Below are positions 46,497-55,284 of a stretch of 62,723 bases of DNA, in pieces; the stretch's first letter is position 1; each line of letters begins with the position of its first letter. Made by a program: the position numbers and the translations under genes. Origin of the DNA: a virus. The DNA is taken from positions 128,001 through 190,723 of IMG/VR virus record IMGVR_UViG_3300028920_000026, one strand, 5' to 3'. The notes beneath the pieces are model-generated. The model was not told the DNA's origin, ran no database searches, and saw only the letters and a list, made by a program, of their open reading frames with translations.

Positions 46497-49034
46497 ATGG
46501 CAATCGTCACGCTGACAAAGGATGACTTCGACTCATATTCGGTGCTGACGACTCCGACGCGCTACTTTAGGTCGAGTTCGCTTGGCGGTGTGACAGGGTC
46601 AGTCTACGTCTATGCGAGGCACTCTGACGTTGAGAAGGAACTTGCACCGCTCGATGCGTTTAGGGACGCGACACACGATGACTCTGACATAGCGGCGTTG
46701 GTGAAGCAGATCCAAACGTTCGGTCGCTTTATCATGAAGAACCCAACGTATCCTGAGCAGTGGAGACCTGCGTTCAACGCGGCGCTCGAAACGTACCTTA
46801 CAAAGGTGAACGAGCTGGGTACGTCAGCGCGCAAGTTCAAGGCAATGGAGGTAAACAGGTTCGTGCCTGGGACAAGGTGGTCTCAGAACATGAGCAGGAA
46901 GCTAACTGTCAAGAACACGCTTAACAAGTACTACAGGGTTCTCTATCCGAGCGCGCAGTGGGCGTTTACGAACTATAACAGCCTGAACTTCTTTTCATCA
47001 TCCCAAGTTCCGAATTCGTCGGCGCTCATCTACCCGATGAGGTCAGCTCCTGCTGAACATACCGGATACGCGACAGGATCGTACATTCCGAGTGGCGCAT
47101 TTTCGCTTGATTTCTACATTAATCCGAGGTACAAGTCGTTCGAGGGAGACGCCGGTCCTGTCATCGTCCCTGGGACGATCATGCATGTTCCTGATGTGTT
47201 TGCGGTCTCGATGATTACGGGTTCGCTCCGTGATGAGCGTAGCCGTGTCGATTCCTGGCGCCTTATGCTACAGGTAAAACACTCGACAAATATCAATCCG
47301 TCGATGGCGCAGACGAACGTCGGTGGAAATTATCCGTATGACATGATCTTCATGTCTGATAACAACGTGTTTCGTCACAATAGGTGGTACCATGTCGTCG
47401 TCAGGTGGGGGACTGATGCTGTGAACAATGGTACTGGTTCGTTTAATATTGACGGTGTCGATAGGGGTAAGTTTGTCATTCCGTCGGGAACGATCGCACT
47501 CGAACTTCCGGCGTCTGGTTGGCAGGAACCGGCAGCACTGTTTATCGGCAACTACTTTGAACCTTTTGATGGCGCGATCGACAATCAGGCATTGACGTTC
47601 TTTGGTACCGACACCGCGCTTCGAGAGGGGTTGGACGAGCTCGATGATGTCCTGAATCAGAACGAACCGAATGACTATCAGATGAGGTTTCCGCTCGTTG
47701 CTGAGATGCATGATGTTGCGATCAAGCGTCACTATATGGACGATGTTGATATTGCGGCGTCCGCGTCTGTTGGTCCGATGGCGATCGATTCGGGAAGCAA
47801 GGGAATCGCGTTCTATCTTCCACCGTTCTTCGTTCAGGAATCTTCATTTAGACAGTACGTTACTGACCGTGGAGGGATTCTACAGACACCGTTCTTTGAG
47901 ATCGACGGTACGACAGACGATCCGTTCAACGTGGCGATGGCATTTGGTGTCAACGGCCATTACATGAACCTTGAGAACTATGTTCGAGACTTTGCATCAG
48001 ACAACAACCCAAGGCTTCATCAGTTGTCGGGAACGGCGATCTCGTACACGACTCAGGCACGTGAGGCCAACGAGTTTCTATACGATGATCCGTATGTTCG
48101 AAAGCGAAATTTGACAATCCTGCCGTGCGACGATGGAAACTTCAGGCCGAGCTACGAGCTTCTCATGTCAGAGAGCCTGAATACGAAGTTTGTAAATGAC
48201 CTTGGATACGAGGATCACAGCCTTGTAAGCCTAGACAACCTGCTGCTTGATCAGTCGCTTATATTCGGTACAGATTTTGATTCGATCAATGGAGATGATT
48301 CAAAGTCGGATGATAAGGTTGAGGCGTTCGTAAACGAGCAGATCGGTTTTACGCCTGAACAACCTGGTATCTCTCCGGGAGCTGCGTTTAACACATACAT
48401 CAGGGCGATCAACGATTCGATCGCGTCTGGCAACTATGGAGCAGGCGTCCAGGCAGGTGCTCCGCTGACGATCTTCAACAGGACACGTGATTCCAGCAGC
48501 AATCAGGTCACGTTCTTCGACTTCAGCAACCTGTTCTACGGCGATCGCATCGTGCCAGGGACGTTTACGATCAAGGATCCGTCTATCACGGGTTCTGGCG
48601 GACACGTTTCGCTGACGTTGAAGGATGATGGTTTCGGAAACCTCTACAGGGCAGACTGCCAGACGAGCGCATCAACGTGGTGCAACGTCGGTAACATCTA
48701 CTACAACGAGGGCATTGTCGTCGTCAAGAATCCGAGTGCGTACTTCTTTGGCAAAGAAGAGTACGAGATGTCGTTCAAGGGTGAACGTCGAGTCCACGTT
48801 TTGAACGTGAACGTTGTAGTTGGAAAGAACGAATTCAACTCATCATCCAATCCAAACTGGATGCCTGTCTCTGCGTCAGCATCAACAACAGACCCAGACC
48901 AGGACTTTGTCTATATCACAGGTATCAACTTCCATGATGACAACATGAACGTTGTTATGAAGGCACAGCTAGCACAACCGATCACGAAGAGGTTTAGGGA
49001 TAAGCTTGCGTTCAAGGTGAAAATCGATTTTTAG
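46497..49034 (+). CDS. Large hypothetical structural protein (845 aa)
   Basis: Long ORF. Its C-terminal about 40 aa are homologous to the C-terminus of the 44215-45456 ORF. Confidence 0.4.
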   Translation: MAIVTLTKDDFDSYSVLTTPTRYFRSSSLGGVTGSVYVYARHSDVEKELAPLDAFRDATHDDSDIAALVKQIQTFGRFIMKNPTYPEQWRPAFNAALETYLTKVNELGTSARKFKAMEVNRFVPGTRWSQNMSRKLTVKNTLNKYYRVLYPSAQWAFTNYNSLNFFSSSQVPNSSALIYPMRSAPAEHTGYATGSYIPSGAFSLDFYINPRYKSFEGDAGPVIVPGTIMHVPDVFAVSMITGSLRDERSRVDSWRLMLQVKHSTNINPSMAQTNVGGNYPYDMIFMSDNNVFRHNRWYHVVVRWGTDAVNNGTGSFNIDGVDRGKFVIPSGTIALELPASGWQEPAALFIGNYFEPFDGAIDNQALTFFGTDTALREGLDELDDVLNQNEPNDYQMRFPLVAEMHDVAIKRHYMDDVDIAASASVGPMAIDSGSKGIAFYLPPFFVQESSFRQYVTDRGGILQTPFFEIDGTTDDPFNVAMAFGVNGHYMNLENYVRDFASDNNPRLHQLSGTAISYTTQAREANEFLYDDPYVRKRNLTILPCDDGNFRPSYELLMSESLNTKFVNDLGYEDHSLVSLDNLLLDQSLIFGTDFDSINGDDSKSDDKVEAFVNEQIGFTPEQPGISPGAAFNTYIRAINDSIASGNYGAGVQAGAPLTIFNRTRDSSSNQVTFFDFSNLFYGDRIVPGTFTIKDPSITGSGGHVSLTLKDDGFGNLYRADCQTSASTWCNVGNIYYNEGIVVVKNPSAYFFGKEEYEMSFKGERRVHVLNVNVVVGKNEFNSSSNPNWMPVSASASTTDPDQDFVYITGINFHDDNMNVVMKAQLAQPITKRFRDKLAFKVKIDF

Positions 49035-49047
49035 GATTGCCAATGCT

Positions 49048-50055
49048 ATGAGGGTGATGTATAATTCCCTCATGCTCATCGAGATCAAGGAACTTCCTCG
49101 TTCCAAACCTGGAGCTCGTGGTCTTCCACCTCGAATCTGCATCCTTAAATGTGATATCTGTGGAAAGACGTACGAAAAGAAGTATGCTAAATCTCAGGTC
49201 AAAGCCAAGATTCATCGTTGTTCATTGAAGTGTGCATATGCTGCTCGCGGTCCCGGATCTCGCGGCGGTGAAGTTGTAGTCAGAAACTGTGCTCACTGTG
49301 GTAAAGAACTTCCACTGATGACAAAGGGAAGCATCTCTAGCGAGCATAGCTTCTGTGGTAAATCATGCTACGCAAAGTGGCGGTCAGAACATCCAGAAGT
49401 CTATGCTGCAAATACCGCCGCGATGCATACGCCTGAAGTAGCTACAAAGATATCGCAGAGGGTTCAAGAACGTATGCAGCAACCTGGTTATGTTCATCCT
49501 ATGCAGGGTAAACATCATACTCAAGAGACGAAGGATGCGATCTCGCGGCATCATAGAGATACAGGTTGTCTCAATGGCGAGAAGAACGGGATGTTTGGAC
49601 GTAGGCATACGAAGCAAGCGCGTGAGAAAATGTCAAACGCCGTATCACGCCGCATTATTGAAGGACGAATGATTGCGTATGGTTCTAAATGGAATGTGCA
49701 TGGACATTTTTATGCAAAGAAATGTTCAAATTACGATGAATGTTTCTATCGATCTAGCTGGGAACTTAAGTTCATGCAGTGGCTCGATGCGAATGATGCA
49801 GTTGAATCGTGGGAATATGAATCGGTTCGTATTCCGTACTGCTACAACGAACACAAACGTTGGTACGTTCCTGACTTTCTCGTGACGTATATCGATGGGA
49901 CACGTAGGATGTACGAGATCAAACCTGCTGAGTTTGTTTCTACGGAACGTGCCGTGTTGAAGGAAGCCGCTGGTAGGAAGTTTTGTGTTGAGAATAACAT
50001 ATATGAATATGTTGTGTTGACAGGAGATTCATTGTGCCAGATGGAAGTTACTTAG
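49048..50055 (+). CDS. Homing-endonuclease-like protein: zinc ribbons + NUMOD3-like repeats + PD-(D/E)xK nuclease domain
   Basis: Zinc-ribbon segments are CDICGK...CSLKCA and CAHCGK...CGKSC. The repeats are HTPEVATKISQR, HHTQETKDAISRHH and RHTKQAREKMSNAVS. The C-terminal RSSWELKFMQWLD...ESWEYE...YVPDFLVTY...YEIKP is paralogous. Confidence 0.5.
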   Translation: MRVMYNSLMLIEIKELPRSKPGARGLPPRICILKCDICGKTYEKKYAKSQVKAKIHRCSLKCAYAARGPGSRGGEVVVRNCAHCGKELPLMTKGSISSEHSFCGKSCYAKWRSEHPEVYAANTAAMHTPEVATKISQRVQERMQQPGYVHPMQGKHHTQETKDAISRHHRDTGCLNGEKNGMFGRRHTKQAREKMSNAVSRRIIEGRMIAYGSKWNVHGHFYAKKCSNYDECFYRSSWELKFMQWLDANDAVESWEYESVRIPYCYNEHKRWYVPDFLVTYIDGTRRMYEIKPAEFVSTERAVLKEAAGRKFCVENNIYEYVVLTGDSLCQMEVT

Positions 50056-50065
50056 TTTAAGAGAA

Positions 50066-51220
50066 ATGTCGTTTCTTCTTCGTAGTTTTGTTAAAAATGT
50101 TCTACTACAGGAACGTCGTAGGGATGACCTTGCTAAATTAAGTGAGTTAGCAGGTGATCGTAACCTGTTCATAACGTTCCGTAATCATTTAACTTTAAAT
50201 ACGAACGTCAGTACACAGTACGCAACACCTCTTGGATTGTACGCATATCCATTGACGGTTGATATTGTTCGTCAACTGAAAAATGATGAGTTACCATTTG
50301 CAACAGAGATGAAGTACGTTGTGTTGTTTGAATGTACTTCACCACAATCATTGCTAAAGCTGCAACACATCAATTCGATAGATGATGCACTTGATGTATT
50401 TTCAAGAGTTGCAACTGATATTGAAATCGATGATGTTCGTGTTGATCTTGAAGCGTCCGGTAAGAATCCAGCGGAGGGGCTTTGGGCGTTGTTGTACTCG
50501 TACGCAAACATGCGAAGAGGAAAATATCGCTTCAACAAAGTGACATCAACGTTTTTTGACAAGTTTAGTGTGTCATATGACTTGACATCAGGTCACGGTC
50601 GTTCTGTTACAACTTTGCTAAAGCGTGCAGGTTATTCTGGGATTGTTGATTACGGTGATGGAATCATTCATCACAATGAACCCACGCAGGCTGTGTTCTT
50701 TAATGTTCCGGATTTGAAGATTGTTGAAGCGTTTGACAATCCTCTCATTGTTGGGCGTGAATTTATAAAGAACGATAGTGTTAATGTACGTAGCTTTGAA
50801 ACATTGATCTCTCAATTGAAGAATCAATCAAAAGGTATCATCGTAAGAACGTTCAAGACAATGAACGTAATTGGGTTGTTGTCAGATCCATCTAAGATCT
50901 ACCAAATAAATTGGAAAAAGATCAGCCCTGCTATAACGCAGCTTCTTCTAAATCATCCTGAGGTGCTTGATATTGACGGCACGATGGATCGATTATTGCT
51001 TGGGTTCGATATTGATAGGTTACCAGATCTCGTCAAAAGAAAGTTCATGAGCTTTAACGTAATAACAGATATGCTTGCGCAGCAAGGTCAATTGTTAAGT
51101 GCCCAACAGGCGTTGCGTTTGTATGATGCAGCTGGCAATAAAAAGAAGGAACTTATTGTTCGCTACATTGATAAGCTGTGTTATGAACCTGATGAATTCG
51201 ATAAGATGATGAGCAAATGA
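50066..51220 (+). CDS. Hypothetical protein (384 aa)
   Basis: ORF only. An ATGA overlap joins it to the next gene. Confidence 0.35.
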   Translation: MSFLLRSFVKNVLLQERRRDDLAKLSELAGDRNLFITFRNHLTLNTNVSTQYATPLGLYAYPLTVDIVRQLKNDELPFATEMKYVVLFECTSPQSLLKLQHINSIDDALDVFSRVATDIEIDDVRVDLEASGKNPAEGLWALLYSYANMRRGKYRFNKVTSTFFDKFSVSYDLTSGHGRSVTTLLKRAGYSGIVDYGDGIIHHNEPTQAVFFNVPDLKIVEAFDNPLIVGREFIKNDSVNVRSFETLISQLKNQSKGIIVRTFKTMNVIGLLSDPSKIYQINWKKISPAITQLLLNHPEVLDIDGTMDRLLLGFDIDRLPDLVKRKFMSFNVITDMLAQQGQLLSAQQALRLYDAAGNKKKELIVRYIDKLCYEPDEFDKMMSK

Positions 51221-51792
51221 GCAAAAATCCCATTGTAGATGCATGCAAGTTCTGTATGTTTGCACATGATTTTGATGTTGGTGATTCAAGGTTTTTACCA
51301 AACATCGATCAGATGTTCGTGATCAACAGGTATTTCTATCGTCCGGAAGCTGCGATCTTCAAAAAGAAGCGCCGTGTTGGGATGTCAACGTTGTTTATGT
51401 TGCTAGCGATGTATGAATGTATAAACGGAGCAAGGGTCCATGTTTATGCATCGACACCACAGATGGCTGCGTACAATGCTAGGATGTTTGAAGCGTTTGT
51501 GTCGACAACGTGTTTATCGCAGTCATTTGGAAGGGCGTTGACGACAAAGTCGTTTTCAAACGGCGCATTTATCGATTTTAAGGTCGCAACAGTACCAAAC
51601 CTACGTGGTGTTTGTGGAGACGTAGCGTTCATTGACGAGGCGCAGTCCCTTAGGGAAGAGTGCTTCATTAAGGAAGCCCTGAAGAATCGTGTAGCAAACA
51701 ATATATCCGTGTCATGGACAATTGATGATCAAGGCAACACGATTCCTGTGCCCGATAAATACGCTCAGCTCGTATGCAGCCTTACAGAGTAA
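51217..51792 (+). CDS. Terminase large subunit ATPase-domain paralog (191 aa, lacks the nuclease domain)
   Basis: KRRVGMSTLFMLLAMYE...VHVYASTPQMAAYNARMF...GAFIDFKVATVPNLRGVCGDVAFIDEAQSL aligns with the authentic TerL at 59163, SRQLGLSTVAAAYAVWL...ILVIATKLQTATNF...GSQIKAIPTSEDAGRSEALSLLIVDEAAFI. These are the Walker A-like, coupling and Walker B segments. Confidence 0.45.
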   Translation: MSKNPIVDACKFCMFAHDFDVGDSRFLPNIDQMFVINRYFYRPEAAIFKKKRRVGMSTLFMLLAMYECINGARVHVYASTPQMAAYNARMFEAFVSTTCLSQSFGRALTTKSFSNGAFIDFKVATVPNLRGVCGDVAFIDEAQSLREECFIKEALKNRVANNISVSWTIDDQGNTIPVPDKYAQLVCSLTE

Positions 51793-51818
51793 CAAAGGCA
51801 TAATAACAAAGGAACGCG

Positions 51819-52409
51819 TCAATGACGTTTAGAACCCATCGGAAGGTTTCGCTTGTCACTTGCATTCCAGGGTGTCTTACCACCTATCGCACCGGGTCCA
51901 GTTCCCAATCCCAATCCACCGCTGCTAAAGCCAGTTCCGCCTCCGCCCATGCCTGCGAATGGGCTTGTACCGTGAGCAGCTGACATTGCACCTCTGAAGT
52001 GTCTTTGTGGTTGGCGCCCCTGGAATGAAAGACCCCAGCCGATGAGTTCCTGCTTGACGCTTTTGATAAGTGCTTGGCTCGGCAACGCTCCTTCGACGCC
52101 TCGTTTGTTGAAGTCGATGTTTCTTGCGAGTGCCTGAAGCTCTGCTGTTGAGTACGAGTCCTCATCGTTGTCCATTTTGTACTCGACAAACGTCGCAACG
52201 TCATTGAACTCAGGCATCTCCATGAGCTCGAGTACGTCCTCTTCGAATGCTAGGTCTCCTGATGCCTGTGTCTGCCTGATGCTCCCGCCACGTTTGATAC
52301 GATCATCGTGTTTTGCTGCGTCTTCCTCAGCGGTACGAGATCGTTCACCGTACCAAGGCTGGCTCTCAATAATGGCCTCAATGAATTCACGAAGTAGGTC
52401 GACGCTCAT
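51819..52409 (-). CDS. Hypothetical acidic protein with a Gly-rich C-terminal tail (196 aa)
   Basis: This is the only minus-strand ORF in this part of the plus block. Its C-terminus is GMGGGGTGFSSGGLGLGTGPGAIGG. Confidence 0.35.
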   Translation of the reverse strand: MSVDLLREFIEAIIESQPWYGERSRTAEEDAAKHDDRIKRGGSIRQTQASGDLAFEEDVLELMEMPEFNDVATFVEYKMDNDEDSYSTAELQALARNIDFNKRGVEGALPSQALIKSVKQELIGWGLSFQGRQPQRHFRGAMSAAHGTSPFAGMGGGGTGFSSGGLGLGTGPGAIGGKTPWNASDKRNLPMGSKRH

Positions 52410-52420
52410 GAAGCATATTT

Positions 52421-52828
52421 ATGCCCGTGGCCGTGAAGCGACGTCGACGTAGGAAAAGAAAGTACCATCGAGGCATTCATACCTCGACGAAGCTTCTGAA
52501 CGCTCCAGTAAAGTATAGGTCCGGGTGGGAGCTAAAGTACATGCAGTGGCTAGACGAGAATGATGATGTTGAATCGTATGAGTACGAAGCGATGTACATC
52601 GAATACGTCAGCAACAAGAGGACAGGACGTGTGCGGAGATATCTACCTGACGTTTATGTGCACATGGTAGACGGGTCGCACAGGCTCGTAGAGATCAAAC
52701 CCTCGTCCAAGGTCAACAAATCCACCAACAAGAAGAAGTTGGACGCGGCACGAGGATGGTGTCAGGCACACGGTGTAATGCTGGAAATTGTTACTGAGGT
52801 CACACTAAAAGGTCTAAACATCCTATAA
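52421..52828 (+). CDS. Stand-alone PD-(D/E)xK nuclease-domain protein (homing-endonuclease-like paralog)
   Basis: YRSGWELKYMQWLDENDDVESYEYE...YLPDVYVHM...VEIKP has the same domain as the C-termini of the 13223, 45507 and 49048 ORFs. The N-terminus is basic (VKRRRRRKRKYHRG). Confidence 0.45.
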   Translation: MPVAVKRRRRRKRKYHRGIHTSTKLLNAPVKYRSGWELKYMQWLDENDDVESYEYEAMYIEYVSNKRTGRVRRYLPDVYVHMVDGSHRLVEIKPSSKVNKSTNKKKLDAARGWCQAHGVMLEIVTEVTLKGLNIL

Positions 52829-52838
52829 AAGATTAAAT

Positions 52839-53615
52839 TTGGGTGACTTACATATGGTTATGTTTATCAGCGTAGGAAAACTTCGATCGTTGGTATTGAG
52901 TGTTCTTTCAGAGGGTCGCCTCGAGCAGGTAAAGGAACGATTTTTTGAGATCGAGGATGTTATTGACGTTCTTTCACAGAATGATCCATCACACAGCAAC
53001 AAGTATCTAGCCTGGATGGCTCGTCAGGTGATGCATGGGTTCACCGTAGAAAAAGTCATTGAATCTATCAATCGATTTCACTCTAATATTAGGAGGATGT
53101 CTCCTGAACTTAGGGACATAAACGTATTTCATGATGTTGACGCACTAGATGATGAGGTCATGAAGGTTGCAACCGTGCTGACTCGTCGTCAGATGGATGC
53201 AGCTGCGCGCCAAGAGGCGCCAGTTATCTACAGTGATGGTCCAATCATACTCAGGCGTATCCTCTCACATGCTGCGTCTAGCAAGTATGGGAAGGGTACA
53301 AAGTGGTGCATATCTTCTCGTTGGAACGATGAAGATTGGAAAGCTTACGCGCGTACATGGAACATTTATGTTCTTATCAATTCAAATAATTCAAGAAAGA
53401 TTGCAATCATTGCGAACAAGAACGGCGATTCCGAGTGGGAAGTCTATGATGAACAAGATGAGCACTTTGAGATAGATGTAGACGATGACGTATATAGGGC
53501 GATGGGCCTTGTAAACATTGCCATTAATCGAACGTTTGATGATGATGTTTCTGATATCATCAAGAATTGGGGTTGGATAGATGCGATACAGAATGACATT
53601 GAGCAAAGCACCTAA
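52839..53615 (+). CDS. Hypothetical protein (258 aa)
   Basis: ORF only. Confidence 0.35.
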   Translation: MGDLHMVMFISVGKLRSLVLSVLSEGRLEQVKERFFEIEDVIDVLSQNDPSHSNKYLAWMARQVMHGFTVEKVIESINRFHSNIRRMSPELRDINVFHDVDALDDEVMKVATVLTRRQMDAAARQEAPVIYSDGPIILRRILSHAASSKYGKGTKWCISSRWNDEDWKAYARTWNIYVLINSNNSRKIAIIANKNGDSEWEVYDEQDEHFEIDVDDDVYRAMGLVNIAINRTFDDDVSDIIKNWGWIDAIQNDIEQST

Positions 53616-53729
53616 ACTTGTTGTTCGTTGGACAATATTGCGTGCATACGCTGGATATCGATGTCATTTATCATATAAATGTAGGTAGACTTGCCAGATC
53701 TAGGCGTATGTTGTACCTTTGATTTCACT

Positions 53730-54299
53730 ATGATACCTGAACTCGTGCTTGGGCTCGACGTATCGACGAGCGTGACAGGAATTGTTGTCCTTGAGAATGT
53801 TGGCGACTTTGAACCGAAGAAACACGTCGTTCACTGGACGCCGTGCGAGCTTGCAAAGCACAAGTCATTCTGGGACAAGACAAGAGTCCTATACGATGCG
53901 TTGGACGATGTTCGTAGGATGTATGCGTTGGACGTCGGTGCAATCTACGTTGAGGAACCCATGAAGCGCTTTGCGCAGGGGTTCTCGTCAGCTCAAACTG
54001 TGAGCATTCTCCAACGCATGAACGGTATCGCCTGTTACATTGCGTATACGATGTGGAACGTTGAACCAACGTATGTCAACGTTTCGTCGGCTCGAAAGGC
54101 GGCGGGTGTCAAAGTCGTTCAGACAAAGAAGGATCCACAGAATAGGAACGCCAAACAACAGACGTTTGATCACATGTTGGCGAACGATCTGAATCACGTG
54201 CAGTGGCCACAGAAGAAGTCCGGTGTTCCCAAGGACTTTGCATACGACGTCGTCGATGCATATGTTATTGCCCGTGGAGGCATGTTGCTGAACAAGTAA
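53730..54299 (+). CDS. RuvC/YqgF-fold Holliday-junction resolvase-like nuclease
   Basis: The N-terminal LVLGLDVSTSVTGIVVLE has the RuvC-like first catalytic-Asp context. YVEEP supplies an acidic Glu. The C-terminal YDVVDAYVIARGG supplies the terminal Asp. The start was set to the ATG at 53730. Confidence 0.4.
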   Translation: MIPELVLGLDVSTSVTGIVVLENVGDFEPKKHVVHWTPCELAKHKSFWDKTRVLYDALDDVRRMYALDVGAIYVEEPMKRFAQGFSSAQTVSILQRMNGIACYIAYTMWNVEPTYVNVSSARKAAGVKVVQTKKDPQNRNAKQQTFDHMLANDLNHVQWPQKKSGVPKDFAYDVVDAYVIARGGMLLNK

Positions 54300-54323
54300 A
54301 GGCGCATAGCGTATTTTTGATAT

Positions 54324-55271
54324 GTGCTCTCTTTGACGGAGAAGATCGATTTTATAAGAAGGGTGTTTGGATCGTATCAGCTTCAACGCAACGAGAAGAA
54401 CATTGCCGTCAAGTGCCCGCTGTGTGGAAACACGTCATCAGACAAGAAGAAGCTCGTCATCAGATTAGAGGATGATCTTTGCCATTGTTGGGTCTGTGGC
54501 TATAAGGCAAGGTCGCTTGTTCACCTTCTCAAAAAGTTTTCAAGGGACGATCTTAGAGAGTACGTTGACAAGTTCTACGACGGCAAGAAGAACGTAGACA
54601 TCGATGATGTTGAAAAGAGGATTATCAGGCTTCCTGACGACTTCAGGCTTCTTGTTCTATCGAAGGACGATAATGATCCAGATACAAAAGCGGCGATCAA
54701 GTACTGTCAACGACGTGGATTATCAGACAGAGATCTTTGGTTTTACAAGCTTGGGATCTCCAACGATCGTCGTTGGTATAGGAGGGTGATCGTTCCGAGT
54801 TTTGACCGCGAGGGAAAGTTGAATGATTTTGTGGGTCGAACGATCGGGAAGAACGTTCTTCCAAAGTACGATTCGCCTGGACATGACAAACTAGGAAACA
54901 TCTTTAACGAGCTGTACGTTGATTGGTCAAAGCAGCTTGTTCTATGTGAAGGTCCGTTCGATGCGATGAAGTGTGGTGACAATGTTGTTCCGCTTCTTGG
55001 AGCAGAATTGAACGAAGAATCCTTGTTGTTCGAACGCATTGTTGTAAACAATACACCTGTAGCGCTCGCCTTGGACGCCGACATGGAAGAGAAGATACCG
55101 CTGATCGTTAAGAAACTAGAAGAGTACGACGTATCAGTTGTTGTCGTACGTGTCGATGATGATCCAGGGGCACTTACTCGTGAACAGTTTGCCGTTGCTC
55201 TTCGAGATGCACGTCCGCTGACGTGGTTCAACAGCATACAAGAGAAGCTACAACGTGCTGTGTTAGCATAA
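54324..55271 (+). CDS. DNA primase (zinc-binding domain + Toprim), T4 gp61/DnaG-like
   Basis: Zinc ribbon: CPLCGN...CHCWVCG. Toprim: LVLCEGPFDAMKCGDNVVPLLG (E...D.D). It lies in the replication-gene cluster. Confidence 0.55.
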   Translation: MLSLTEKIDFIRRVFGSYQLQRNEKNIAVKCPLCGNTSSDKKKLVIRLEDDLCHCWVCGYKARSLVHLLKKFSRDDLREYVDKFYDGKKNVDIDDVEKRIIRLPDDFRLLVLSKDDNDPDTKAAIKYCQRRGLSDRDLWFYKLGISNDRRWYRRVIVPSFDREGKLNDFVGRTIGKNVLPKYDSPGHDKLGNIFNELYVDWSKQLVLCEGPFDAMKCGDNVVPLLGAELNEESLLFERIVVNNTPVALALDADMEEKIPLIVKKLEEYDVSVVVVRVDDDPGALTREQFAVALRDARPLTWFNSIQEKLQRAVLA

Positions 55272-55284
55272 TTTAGGAGAACAT

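Noticed and set aside
49055-49080. Hairpin GAGGG-tgatgtataatt-CCCTC, a possible terminator
   Set aside because: It lies within the first codons of the 49048 homing-endonuclease ORF and lacks a U-tract. More likely a coincidental or translational structure.
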